Positions 1-9,808 of a stretch of 64,000 nt of DNA are shown in pieces. The stretch comes from Thermodesulfovibrio sp. GTDB lineage: Bacteria; Nitrospirota; Thermodesulfovibrionia; Thermodesulfovibrionales; Thermodesulfovibrionaceae. A model generated the notes under the pieces. It ran no database searches, was not told the origin of the DNA, and worked only from the letters and a program-made list of their open reading frames with translations. The first letter of the stretch is position 1. Every line of letters begins with the position of its first letter. The stretch is from contig JBCNUV010000023.1 in assembly GCA_039630505.1 (NCBI GenBank), forward strand, positions 52,670 to 116,669, written 5' to 3'. The translations under genes were made by a program, and so were the position numbers.

Positions 1-72
1 TACAGAATCATACATTTTAATAGTTGTAGGGAAAAATTAAAATGGAAGAAATGTTATTATAGATATCAAAAA

Positions 73-834
73 ATGGATTTAATTGCAATACTTGGACTCA
101 TTTTAGGAATTGGAGCGATTATAGCAGGAAATATAGCGGAAGGTGGTACAACAGCCCATCTTGTCCAGTTAGCTGCAGCTATCATTGTATTTGGTGGAAC
201 ATTAGGTGCTGTTGTATTAAGCTTTCCCTTGAAAGACATTACTACAGCATTTATTAGTTTAAAATTTATCTTCTTCAACAGAAAAGTCAACTTTAATGAA
301 ACCATAGAGACCATTCTTGATTTATTAGTTATAGCCAGAAAAAGAGGATTGTTGGCTCTTCAGGAAGAACTAGACAGAATAAATGATTCATTTTTAAGAA
401 GGGGAATTACCTATGTAATTGATGGATTATCTCCAAACCTTATTAGGGAAGCACTTACTCAGGAAATATATACCTATGAAAATATTATAAGAAGAGCTGC
501 TAAGGTTTATGAGTCTGCTGGAGGATATGCACCAACAATTGGTATTATAGGAGCAGTTTTAGGACTTATTCATGTCCTTAAAAATGTTACAGATCCCTCA
601 AAAATTGGTGTAGGTATAGCAACAGCTTTTGTTGCAACTATTTATGGAGTTGGCTCAGCAAATCTTATCTTTATTCCAATTGCAAAAAGAATAATCAATA
701 AACTTGAAGATGAGATTCTTCTTATGGAACTGATGATTGAAGGAATACTTGGTATAGAAGCAGGTATTAATCCATACTTTTTAAGAACAAAACTTGAGTC
801 ATTTATCAGAGAACGTCAAAGGGAAAGAATATGA
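73..834 (+). CDS. motA: Flagellar motor stator protein, MotA/PomA family (set 1)
   Basis: 253 aa with four predicted TM segments. MotA/ExbB-type C-terminal channel region (GYAPTIGIIGAVLGLIHV, ATAFVATIYGVGSANLIF). Stop overlaps the start of a MotB-like gene (ATGA). Confidence 0.85.
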   Translation: MDLIAILGLILGIGAIIAGNIAEGGTTAHLVQLAAAIIVFGGTLGAVVLSFPLKDITTAFISLKFIFFNRKVNFNETIETILDLLVIARKRGLLALQEELDRINDSFLRRGITYVIDGLSPNLIREALTQEIYTYENIIRRAAKVYESAGGYAPTIGIIGAVLGLIHVLKNVTDPSKIGVGIATAFVATIYGVGSANLIFIPIAKRIINKLEDEILLMELMIEGILGIEAGINPYFLRTKLESFIRERQRERI

Positions 835-1472
835 GAATTAGAAGAAGAAATAACAATGAGGAAGAAGAAAACATCCATCGTTGGCTTATATCATACTCTG
901 ATTTCTTAACCCTCTTATTTACCTTTTTTGTTGCTCTTTATGCTCTTTCATCAATTGATATTATAAAAGCAGAAAAAATGACAATTTCTCTAAGAAAAGT
1001 CTTCAAAGTTATTGATGAACCAATCTCTTTTGAAGAAGACAGAAATAAAGCAATTATTGAGGATCTAAGAAAACTTTTAAACGATATTTCAGGTGTAAAC
1101 ATAAGGTCAGATGCACGAGGTATTGTAATAACCCTTCCTGATTCTCTCTTATTTAGCTCAGGCTCTGCTGAACTAAAACCTGAGTCTATTGAGGCACTCA
1201 TAAGAATCTCAGAAAAATTGAAAGAAATTCCAGGAAAAGTAGCCATAGAAGGACATACTGATAATGTTCCTATTAAGTCTTCTATTTATAAGTCAAATTG
1301 GGAGTTGTCTGCGGCAAGAGCATCGTCAGTGCTACATTTTTTATTACAAAGAGGACTTTCTCCTGATAGATTTTTGATTGCTGGATATGGAGAATACAAA
1401 CCTATAGCTACTAATGATACTGATGAAGGAAGAGCAAAAAACAGAAGAGTTGAACTTATCATATTAAGATAA
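831..1472 (+). CDS. motB: Flagellar motor stator protein MotB (set 1), OmpA-like peptidoglycan-binding C-terminus
   Basis: 213 aa. Single N-terminal TM carrying the conserved channel Asp (WLISYSDFLTLLF). OmpA-like domain (GHTDNVPI, NWELSAARASSV, NRRVELII). Confidence 0.85.
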   Translation: MRIRRRNNNEEEENIHRWLISYSDFLTLLFTFFVALYALSSIDIIKAEKMTISLRKVFKVIDEPISFEEDRNKAIIEDLRKLLNDISGVNIRSDARGIVITLPDSLLFSSGSAELKPESIEALIRISEKLKEIPGKVAIEGHTDNVPIKSSIYKSNWELSAARASSVLHFLLQRGLSPDRFLIAGYGEYKPIATNDTDEGRAKNRRVELIILR

Positions 1473-1482
1473 TTATAATACT

Positions 1483-2016
1483 ATGAACATGGAAGAAATG
1501 TATCAAAAAATGAGAGAATATTCAAGAGTAGATGCTATTGTCCCTCTTGGAGTAAGACTTATTTCTAATGAGGAAAAACAAAAAATAAAATCAAGAATCT
1601 CAGGAGAGATTAGTTTTACTCATCCTCCTGTTGAAGAGCCAACTGATAAAGCATTGGCACAGTGGATAAAGTTTATTAATTCAAAGCTTGACTATCTTAT
1701 CAATCTGTGGACTTTTAAAGAAAACGGATTTGCATGTCTGCCACCAACAGAGGTAAATATAAGTGGAGGAGGCATGAGTTTTATCTCAGATTCATCTTAC
1801 AACAAAGGAGACATTCTTGAGCTTAAGGTGGTTCTTGATTTGCCACTGCCAGTAGCATTATTTCTATATGGAGAAGTGGTTAAATCTGAAAAAGTAAACA
1901 ATGGTTATAAAGTAGCTGTAAAATTTGTTAATATAGATGAAGACATTAGAGACTACATTATAAGATTTGTTTTCCATCGTCAAAGACAGTTAATCAGACA
2001 AAAAAGGGAAATATAA
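1483..2016 (+). CDS. PilZ-domain protein (putative c-di-GMP receptor)
   Basis: 177 aa. Both PilZ c-di-GMP motifs are visible: RxxxR (REYSR near the N-terminus) and D/NxSxxG (NISGGGMSF). Lies between the two stator gene pairs. Confidence 0.8.
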   Translation: MNMEEMYQKMREYSRVDAIVPLGVRLISNEEKQKIKSRISGEISFTHPPVEEPTDKALAQWIKFINSKLDYLINLWTFKENGFACLPPTEVNISGGGMSFISDSSYNKGDILELKVVLDLPLPVALFLYGEVVKSEKVNNGYKVAVKFVNIDEDIRDYIIRFVFHRQRQLIRQKREI

Positions 2017-2883
2017 ATGCTTGTAGTCGTCGGTGGATTAGTTGTCTTAGGTAGTGTAGTAGGGGGCTATCTAATGGGTAAAGGTAATCTTTCTGTTCTT
2101 GTTCAACCAGCAGAGCTTTTAATAATATTTGGTGCTGCTTTTGGTGCACTTGTAATTGCCTCTCCTCCTCATGTACTAAAAGGAATAATAAAAGGTGCAA
2201 TCAAAACCGTAACAGGAGCAAAGGGTTATTCAAAAAGAGAGTATATGGATTTACTTTTACTTTTGAATGAACTTTTTACAAAAATTAGAAAAGAGGGACT
2301 TATATCTATCGAACAAGATGTGGAAGAACCCGAAAATAGTGCAATCTTTTCTAAATATCCAAATTTTATGAAAAATCATCATGCAATGGCACTTCTTACA
2401 GATACCTTAAGAACAGTAATGACAACTACAGTCTCTCCATATGAACTTGAAAGTATTCTTGACAGTGAAATTGAAACATTACATGAAACTGAGTCAGCTC
2501 CAGTAAAAAATCTTCTTAGTATCGCTGACAGTCTTCCAGGACTTGGAATTGTGGCAGCAGTCTTAGGAGTTGTTCTAACAATGGGCAAAATGAACGAACC
2601 TCCTGAAGTTATTGGACACTCTGTAGGAGCTGCATTGGTTGGAACATTTATGGGAGTGCTTATGTGTTATGGATTTGTTGGACCACTTGCAAGACGTCTT
2701 GAAGCAAGTGTAAATCATGAAAAAGAGTATTTACAGATCATCAAAACAGCTCTTGTAGCTTTTGTGAGTGGATCTGCTCCTCAAATTGCTGTTGAGTTTG
2801 CCAGAAGAAATATTCCTCCTCATGTAAGACCTTCATTTCATGAAGTAGAGGAAGAGATAAGGGCTTTAAAAAGTGGCAGATAA
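2017..2883 (+). CDS. motA: Flagellar motor stator protein MotA (set 2)
   Basis: 288 aa, close to classical MotA length. Motifs LPGLGIVAAVLGVVLTMG and GAALVGTFMGVLMCYGFVGP. ATG follows immediately after the PilZ stop codon. Confidence 0.9.
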   Translation: MLVVVGGLVVLGSVVGGYLMGKGNLSVLVQPAELLIIFGAAFGALVIASPPHVLKGIIKGAIKTVTGAKGYSKREYMDLLLLLNELFTKIRKEGLISIEQDVEEPENSAIFSKYPNFMKNHHAMALLTDTLRTVMTTTVSPYELESILDSEIETLHETESAPVKNLLSIADSLPGLGIVAAVLGVVLTMGKMNEPPEVIGHSVGAALVGTFMGVLMCYGFVGPLARRLEASVNHEKEYLQIIKTALVAFVSGSAPQIAVEFARRNIPPHVRPSFHEVEEEIRALKSGR

Positions 2884-3643
2884 ATCTAAAACAACCATAG
2901 TAATAAAAAAGATTAGAAAAGGACATGAAGGTCATCATGGTGGAAGTTGGAAAGTAGCCTATGCCGACTTTACAACAGCCATGATGGCTTTCTTTTTACT
3001 TCTATGGCTTCTTTCAATGCTTGATCCTGTTAAGAAAGCTGCACTTGCTAACTATTTTAGAAACTTCAACATTTTTGAATCAGGCAGATCTTTTATGCAA
3101 GAGTCTTCAGCAATTCATCAAGAGATAAAAACATCGATTCAAGAATATACACCAGAAAATCAGGCAAAAAGATTTGAAGAAGAGTTCAAAAAAACAATAG
3201 AAGAAAGACTTAAGGAGCTTAAAGACCACATCATGATAGATATAGTTGAAGGAGGAGTAAGAATTCAAATCTTAGATCTTGAAGGTGAACCAATGTTTCC
3301 TCTTGCATCTGCTGAGCCAACTGAAAAAGCCAGAGAAATTTTAAAAGTAGTTGCAGAAAATATAAAAGATGAACCAGCGCGAATAGCAATAGAAGGACAT
3401 ACAGATGCAGTACCATTCAGAGGAGGAAAAACAACAAACTGGGAACTTTCAACAGCAAGAGCATCTTCAGCAAGAAGAGAAATGGAAAAATTTGGAGTTC
3501 CACCAGAAAAAATAGCAAGAGTTGTTGGTTATGCTGACACACTTCCATTAATAAAAGAGAATCCAAGAGATCCAAGAAACAGAAGAATAAGTATAATTCT
3601 TATGTTTGAAAAGGGACAACAAGGCTCAGTGCATCCTCTATAA
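2873..3643 (+). CDS. motB: Flagellar motor stator protein MotB (set 2)
   Basis: 256 aa with a GTG start overlapping the motA end. Motifs WKVAYADFTTAMMAFF (channel Asp), GHTDAVPF, NWELSTARASSA, NRRISIIL. Confidence 0.9.
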   Translation: MADKSKTTIVIKKIRKGHEGHHGGSWKVAYADFTTAMMAFFLLLWLLSMLDPVKKAALANYFRNFNIFESGRSFMQESSAIHQEIKTSIQEYTPENQAKRFEEEFKKTIEERLKELKDHIMIDIVEGGVRIQILDLEGEPMFPLASAEPTEKAREILKVVAENIKDEPARIAIEGHTDAVPFRGGKTTNWELSTARASSARREMEKFGVPPEKIARVVGYADTLPLIKENPRDPRNRRISIILMFEKGQQGSVHPL

Positions 3644-4493
3644 TTTTAACTTCTACTGGAGTTTTTCCAAAATAATCACCATCTATTTGTATATGAGCAT
3701 CACCTAAAATCTTTAAACTTTTAGTCTTAAAATATTCAGTATTCTTCATCTTAAGATGAGTACCAAATATTATTCCCAAAATTTGAAGAGAAAGTCCTAT
3801 CTTTGATTGAGTTTTTGAGAGAAAAACATATAAGTAAGGCTCTTTCAAATCTGCATCAGGTGTTATTTTAAAACTTCCTCCATAACATGCAGCTTTACAT
3901 ACAACAGTACTGTATGCTCTTTTTTGTTCAGAGTTATTTATTATAAGTTCTGAAGGATTGTATTCCAACAAAGTTTTAATTCCGCTTAAAATATAGGCTA
4001 TTTTCCCAAGATATTTCTTCTTTTTTGGATCTACTCCAAATACTGCCTTTCCATCAAATCCGACTCCTGCCATAAGAATAAAAAATTTTTGTTTTTCTTT
4101 ATTTTCTATACATCCAAGATGAACTTTCAGAGTTTTGCCTGTAAGTGCAATCTCTATTGCCTTTTCTATATTCTGTGGAATTTTCAACTCTTTTGCAAGC
4201 ACTGAGGTAGTTCCCATTGGAAGAATTGCCATAGGGATATCAGAAAAGGCAAGTCCATTTACAACCTCATTATATGTTCCATCTCCGCCTGCAGCAATAA
4301 CAAGAGTAGAAGAGTTATTAAAGCTATCTTTTATATTTCTTGCAAAGCTTTCAGCATCACCTTGTTTATTGGTAAGCAAAATCTCAAAGGAAATGCCTTT
4401 ATTTTTCAATATGTTCTCTGCTTTTTTAATTTTTTTTAAAGCTCCACCACCTGCAACAGGATTTCCGATGAGAAAAATTTTTTGATATTTCAT
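3600..4493 (-). CDS. Lipid/diacylglycerol kinase family protein (YegS/BmrU-like)
   Basis: 297 aa. DAGK catalytic-domain signatures: NPVAGGG near the N-terminus, AAGGDGT, GTTSVLAKEL. Confidence 0.8.
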   Translation of the reverse strand: MKYQKIFLIGNPVAGGGALKKIKKAENILKNKGISFEILLTNKQGDAESFARNIKDSFNNSSTLVIAAGGDGTYNEVVNGLAFSDIPMAILPMGTTSVLAKELKIPQNIEKAIEIALTGKTLKVHLGCIENKEKQKFFILMAGVGFDGKAVFGVDPKKKKYLGKIAYILSGIKTLLEYNPSELIINNSEQKRAYSTVVCKAACYGGSFKITPDADLKEPYLYVFLSKTQSKIGLSLQILGIIFGTHLKMKNTEYFKTKSLKILGDAHIQIDGDYFGKTPVEVKIIEDALSLVVPFQT

Positions 4494-5245
4494 ATGACGA
4501 TTACAGGAGTTTTTTCAAGAAAGTATATTAATTTTTCAATATTTAATGGAGTTTTGACAAAAAAAGCTCTTCCACCAATACTTTCGCCTTCTTTCTTTAT
4601 ATTAGTTATCCTTAAATATCCTAACTTTCTTGAAGCTATATAACCAGTTGTATAGTCAGGATTATCAGAGACACAAATCTCAGCCACTACATCATCTAAG
4701 CATGCTACTTTTGATGCAAGAGTTAATGCTTCAATAACTCTCTGGGGTTGATTTGTAAGATTTTTTATCTTTCTTAAAACTTGAATCTTTCTCTTTTTAT
4801 CCATCTGAATCCTTGATACTCTAACTCCTCTTTCCTTATCAGGCTCAAGACGATCTCCACTTAAGGAGTCAATTATCGTAGCACCTCTCATTTTATAATT
4901 TCTTATTACTTCCCATGCCTTATATAATGCCTTTTCTGATACTCCGATTTTTAAAATATTTTCCTTTATTACTTCATATGCCTCCTCTGGAGAGTTACAA
5001 AATATGGTTTTTAAAGGAAGAACTTTAACATTCTGAATTGGTTCTTTTATCTTTTCTAATGTAAACACAATTTTATCGGGCATGGCTATAGGATGCTCAA
5101 TTGCTCTCTTTAAGAATTTTTTCAAAAACTTTTCTAATTCATTTAAGTTATATATTCCCTCTGCGCCTGAAACATGCCTTTCAAATCCGTTCTCATTTAT
5201 TGAAGCTCTCATTCTAAGTGACCACATAATCAACTTCAAGTCCAT
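4490..5245 (-). CDS. bioW: 6-carboxyhexanoate (pimelate)--CoA ligase BioW
   Basis: 251 aa, collinear with Bacillus BioW signatures: SLRMRAS, ERGVRVSRI, EALTLASKV, VVAEICVSDNPDYTTGYIA, GGRAFFV. Confidence 0.93.
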   Translation of the reverse strand: MDLKLIMWSLRMRASINENGFERHVSGAEGIYNLNELEKFLKKFLKRAIEHPIAMPDKIVFTLEKIKEPIQNVKVLPLKTIFCNSPEEAYEVIKENILKIGVSEKALYKAWEVIRNYKMRGATIIDSLSGDRLEPDKERGVRVSRIQMDKKRKIQVLRKIKNLTNQPQRVIEALTLASKVACLDDVVAEICVSDNPDYTTGYIASRKLGYLRITNIKKEGESIGGRAFFVKTPLNIEKLIYFLEKTPVIVI

Positions 5246-6149
5246 GATTTTCTATTAGTCTTAAATCATCAATGTAGTCTCTTCCCTGAGTTGTAAGGTA
5301 GTCTCCTGTCATTAAAGCATTTGCTCCTGCAAGAAAGACCCATGAATGAAAATCTCCAAGTAAAGGTCTTCCCCCACAGACTCTTATATCTTTTTCCGAT
5401 AAGATCAATCTAAACACTGATATGATCTTCAAAGCTTCCATTGGAGGCAGTGGTTTTCTATTCATCAAAGGAGTTCCCTTTATAGGAGTAAGAAAATTAA
5501 TTGGTACGGAATCAACATCTAAGCTTTTTAAGAAATAAGCCATATCAACTCTGTCAATCCATGACTCACCCATGCCAAAAACTCCACCAGAACATACTGA
5601 AAGCCCTATTTTTTTTGCTGACTCTAATGTGTGGATTTTATCAGAAAAAGTATGAGTTGTACAGATTTCTGGAAAAAATCTTTCTGAAGTCTCTATATTA
5701 CAGTGAAGCCTTTCAAGACCATAGTCTTTTAAGTAAAGGATTTCATCATAACTTAAAAGTCCCAAAGAGGCACATGTATTTATTCCATTTTTTCTAAGAT
5801 TTTCAATAGCTTTTGCAATTTCTTTTATTTCCCTTTTTGATGCTCTTTTTCCACTTATTACAATTGAAAATCTCTTGACTTTGTGTTCCTTTGCCCTTAG
5901 AGCTCTTTTTAATATTTCCTCTTTATCCATCAAAGGATAAACAGATATGTTCGTTTTATATTTTGAGGATTGAGCACAAAAAGCGCAGTCTTCTGAACAA
6001 AGACCGCTCTTTGCATTAACTATGGCGCAGAGTTCTATTTTATTTCCTTTATATTTTTGTCTTGCTGAGTTTGCCATAAAGATTAAGGTATAAAAATCAG
6101 AGTTTTTTAAAAACTCAAGAAATGTCTCTTTTGAGTTAAACTCAGCCAA
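5214..6149 (-). CDS. bioB: Biotin synthase BioB (radical SAM)
   Basis: 311 aa. CxxxCxxC radical-SAM motif (CSEDCAFCAQS). Typical BioB blocks: LHCNIETS, SGGVFGMGES, INFL.PIKGTPL. Confidence 0.95.
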   Translation of the reverse strand: MAEFNSKETFLEFLKNSDFYTLIFMANSARQKYKGNKIELCAIVNAKSGLCSEDCAFCAQSSKYKTNISVYPLMDKEEILKRALRAKEHKVKRFSIVISGKRASKREIKEIAKAIENLRKNGINTCASLGLLSYDEILYLKDYGLERLHCNIETSERFFPEICTTHTFSDKIHTLESAKKIGLSVCSGGVFGMGESWIDRVDMAYFLKSLDVDSVPINFLTPIKGTPLMNRKPLPPMEALKIISVFRLILSEKDIRVCGGRPLLGDFHSWVFLAGANALMTGDYLTTQGRDYIDDLRLIENHGLEVDYVVT

Positions 6150-6158
6150 ATACTCCTC

Positions 6159-7682
6159 CTACTTTTTTATCAATTTAAGATATCTTATGTCTCTCATAAT
6201 AATTGTTCTGCTTTTAATAGCAATAAGCGACAAAAATAATATAAACAACAATATAAATCCACGAGCAAAAAGCTTCGTAGGCTCAGTAGTAAAAACTATA
6301 TTTTCAAAATCCTTTATAATCCAAAAATATATAATAAAGCCTATAAAAAGCGGTGAGACTGTTGCCATGATATATACAAAGAATTTCGGCAACTTAATAG
6401 TTGTATTCGTTGTCAACTCCTTATAAAAGTTATCAATTCCAAATACCCATATAAAGACAACTATTTCAATCAGACCAAAGAAAAGAAGTAAAAAGCATCC
6501 TGCCCAAAAATCTAGTTCATCTATAAAATTTGGCATAAAAGCTGAAAAATGAGCACCTATCGTGACTAAAATCATTGATATATTAACTGCCTTTTTATGT
6601 TCCCACTTCATCTCATCCTCAAAAAGAGCTATCAAAGGCTGTATTAATGCTAAAGAAGAAGTTAAAGCAGCAAAAAAAAGTAATGAAAACCATACAAATG
6701 CTATTATTTTTCCAAAAGGAAAACTCATTAAAACTGCTGGCATTGTCATGAATCCAAGTCTGAAAGTTCCTTCTTTTGCAAGTTCAGGTATAGCTAATGC
6801 AGAAAACATAGCAAAAGCTGCAGGAATAGCAATTGATGCACCTATCACAACCTCTACAAACTCATTAATTCCTGCAGTCCAAATTCCTGCTTTTACCACA
6901 TCTTCCCTTGGATATACATAACTTGCATAAGCTGCAATTGCTCCCATTCCAAGAGAAAGCGTAAAAAATATCTGTCCAGAGGCTTCAATCCATACAACAG
7001 GATCAGTGATTCTTGAAAAATTGAGATTGTAGATAAATCTTAAACCCTCTAATCCTTTCCAATTACCTGCAGAAAGACATATCAATCCAAGAAATAAACC
7101 AAATATAATTATGGCAGGCATTCCAATCTTTGCTGTAATCTCTATTCCTCTTCTGACTCCTTTCTGAAGAATAAACCAGTTAATAGCAATTGTTAAAATA
7201 AGAAAAATATATGCGATTACTGAAGGTTTAGTATATTCTCTGAAAAAATTAACATATGGTTTAACTGCCTCCTGAGCATCAGAACTTTTAATTGGAGTTG
7301 GTATTTCTCCAACAAGAGAAAGAAAGGCAAACCCAAGAGTCCATGACTCAATGTATATATAATACATACATATAAGAAGAGGTATAGCAACTCCTATTGA
7401 ACCAAGAACTCTTGCCCAGCTTGCATGATTAAAGAAAAGTCCTAAAATCCCCGTCATTGAACCATGTCCATGACGTCCTGCATACCTTCCTATAACCCAT
7501 TCAATAATCATCAAAGGTAATCCCATAAGAAAAAAAGCAATAAAATAAGGAACCATGAAGGCTCCACCGCCATAAAGTGCTGCTTTTGAGGGAAATCTTA
7601 AGATGTTGCCAAGTCCTACAGCATTACCTGCTGTAGCCAAGATTAGTCCTAATTTTGAATGCCATCTTTCTCTTGTTTCCAT
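6159..7682 (-). CDS. Sodium-dependent transporter, neurotransmitter:sodium symporter (SNF/NSS) family
   Basis: 507 aa with roughly 11-12 TM segments. NSS N-terminal signature: RERWHSKLGLILATAGNAVGLGNILRFP. Confidence 0.9.
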   Translation of the reverse strand: METRERWHSKLGLILATAGNAVGLGNILRFPSKAALYGGGAFMVPYFIAFFLMGLPLMIIEWVIGRYAGRHGHGSMTGILGLFFNHASWARVLGSIGVAIPLLICMYYIYIESWTLGFAFLSLVGEIPTPIKSSDAQEAVKPYVNFFREYTKPSVIAYIFLILTIAINWFILQKGVRRGIEITAKIGMPAIIIFGLFLGLICLSAGNWKGLEGLRFIYNLNFSRITDPVVWIEASGQIFFTLSLGMGAIAAYASYVYPREDVVKAGIWTAGINEFVEVVIGASIAIPAAFAMFSALAIPELAKEGTFRLGFMTMPAVLMSFPFGKIIAFVWFSLLFFAALTSSLALIQPLIALFEDEMKWEHKKAVNISMILVTIGAHFSAFMPNFIDELDFWAGCFLLLFFGLIEIVVFIWVFGIDNFYKELTTNTTIKLPKFFVYIMATVSPLFIGFIIYFWIIKDFENIVFTTEPTKLFARGFILLFILFLSLIAIKSRTIIMRDIRYLKLIKK

Positions 7683-7734
7683 TAGTTATTTATTATAACT
7701 CAATAAAAAAGCTTATTTTAAGTTATAATAATAA

Positions 7735-8793
7735 ATGCAGTTTGAACCAAAATGGATAGCATGGGAAATTACACGCAGATGCAATCTAAGATGTATTCAT
7801 TGTAGATCCTCATCAGAAGAAGCTGTAAAGGAACATCCTGATCCACCAAAAGAGGAATGTTTTAGAATAATTGATGATATAACCTCATATGTGAAACCTG
7901 TTTTAGTCCTTACAGGTGGAGAACCTCTCTTAAGAGAAGACTTCTTTGAGCTTACTGAATACGCTAACAATAAGGATTTAAGAGTCTGTGTTGCCACTAA
8001 TGGAACTCTTATAAATGAAGACATCTGTAAAAAATTGAAGGAAGTAAATATAAAGATGGTCTCTTTAAGTTTAGATGGTCCAAATGAAGATGTTCACGAT
8101 AACTTTCGTAGTCAAAAAGGAGCCTTTCAAGGAACAATTAGTGCGATTAAACTTTTAAAAGAATATAAAATACCATTTTTGATAAACTCCTCCTTTACCA
8201 AAAGAAATCAACAAACAATTCCAGAAGTCTACAGATTAGCAAAGGAACTTGGAGCAACTGCATGGTATATGTTTATGATAGTGCCTACAGGTAGAGCAGA
8301 AGAACTCTTAAAGGAATTGATAACTTATGAGGATTATTATAAAATTCTTAATTGGCATTATGAGATGGAAAAAAAAGAAAAAGAGATTTTTGTAAGACCT
8401 ACATGTGCACCTCAATACTATAGAGTAATTATTGAGAGATCAAAGATAGAAGGAGAAAGATTTGAAAGAAGATCTTTAAGTTTTTCAACTGGTGGTGCTA
8501 AGGGATGCGTGGCAGGACAGCTTATATGCTTTATAAATGTTGACGGAGATATAATGCCTTGCAGTTATTTTCCTTTATCAGCAGGTAACATAAAAAAACA
8601 ATCTTTTAGAGAAATATGGGAGAACTCAGAAATTTTTATAAACCTAAGAGATTTTTCTTCATATAAAGGTCGCTGTGGTATTTGTGAGTACGTAAATGTA
8701 TGTGGAGGATGTAGAGCAAGAGCATACTGCCTAAAAAATGACTACATGGAAGAAGACCCTTACTGTAATTATATTCCGAAAAAAGTAAGATGA
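7735..8793 (+). CDS. Radical SAM/SPASM-domain protein (NirJ/AhbD-like maturase type)
   Basis: 352 aa. CNLRCIHC radical-SAM cluster motif at the N-terminus. Cys-rich SPASM-like C-terminus ([18 protein letters not shown]). Stop overlaps the hemE start. Confidence 0.8.
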   Translation: MQFEPKWIAWEITRRCNLRCIHCRSSSEEAVKEHPDPPKEECFRIIDDITSYVKPVLVLTGGEPLLREDFFELTEYANNKDLRVCVATNGTLINEDICKKLKEVNIKMVSLSLDGPNEDVHDNFRSQKGAFQGTISAIKLLKEYKIPFLINSSFTKRNQQTIPEVYRLAKELGATAWYMFMIVPTGRAEELLKELITYEDYYKILNWHYEMEKKEKEIFVRPTCAPQYYRVIIERSKIEGERFERRSLSFSTGGAKGCVAGQLICFINVDGDIMPCSYFPLSAGNIKKQSFREIWENSEIFINLRDFSSYKGRCGICEYVNVCGGCRARAYCLKNDYMEEDPYCNYIPKKVR

Positions 8794-9806
8794 GAGATAT
8801 CTTTCTTAATGCTTGCAAAGGTATTAAAACAGACTATACACCTGTCTGGTTTATGAGACAGGCTGGAAGGTATATGCCAGAGTATCAGAAAATTAGGCAA
8901 AAATATGATTTTCTCACCATGTGTAAAACGCCTGAAATCGCTGCAGAAGTAACTCTACAACCTGTAAGAATCTTAGGAGTTGATGCAGCAATTTTATTTT
9001 CTGATATTTTGATACCTCTTGAAGGAATGGGTATTAAAATAGAGTTCACAGATGATAAAGGACCACAAGTATCCCCAACAATCAAAACTTCATCTCATAT
9101 TAAGTTTTTAAAGGAGATAGAACTTGACTTAGTAGATTATGTTTTCAAGACTATAAAGATTCTAATAAAAGAGCTTGAGGTTCCTTTAATAGGTTTTGCA
9201 GCTTCACCTTTTACTTTAGCAACATATATTATTGAGGGAGGTTCAACAAAAGATTTTATAAATACTAAAAGATTTATGTTTTCAGAACCAGCAGGTTTTC
9301 ATACACTTATGAAGATTTTTACAGACTCAATTATTAAATATTTAAAAGAACAAATAAAAGCAGGTGTTCATGTAATCCAAATTTTTGATACATGGGCAGG
9401 AATTCTTTCTCCTTTTGATTACGAAACTTTTGTTAAACCATATGTTAAAAAGATTATTGATAGTATAAATAAAGTTCCTGTAATATATTTTTGTTCAAAT
9501 ACGTCAGGACTTGCTAATCATTTAAAGGATTTAAACGCAAACGTTTTAAGTATTGACTGGAAGATTGACATGAAAGATGCCACAGATTTATTTAAATATC
9601 ACACTCTGCAAGGTAATCTTGACCCTCTAACTCTCCTAGGTACAGAAGAAGAGCTCTTCAAGAGAGTTAAAAAAATTTTAATACATGGAAGATTAGCTAA
9701 AGCCCATATCTTTAACCTTGGTCATGGAGTAAATATTAATACCTCAGTTGATATACTTAAAAAAGTTGTTGATTTTGTTCATGAATTTAAAACTATGGAG
9801 GTTTAG
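8790..9806 (+). CDS. hemE: Uroporphyrinogen decarboxylase HemE
   Basis: 338 aa. Motifs [25 protein letters not shown] and a FNLGHG C-terminal motif. Confidence 0.92.
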   Translation: MRDIFLNACKGIKTDYTPVWFMRQAGRYMPEYQKIRQKYDFLTMCKTPEIAAEVTLQPVRILGVDAAILFSDILIPLEGMGIKIEFTDDKGPQVSPTIKTSSHIKFLKEIELDLVDYVFKTIKILIKELEVPLIGFAASPFTLATYIIEGGSTKDFINTKRFMFSEPAGFHTLMKIFTDSIIKYLKEQIKAGVHVIQIFDTWAGILSPFDYETFVKPYVKKIIDSINKVPVIYFCSNTSGLANHLKDLNANVLSIDWKIDMKDATDLFKYHTLQGNLDPLTLLGTEEELFKRVKKILIHGRLAKAHIFNLGHGVNINTSVDILKKVVDFVHEFKTMEV

Positions 9807-9808
9807 TT

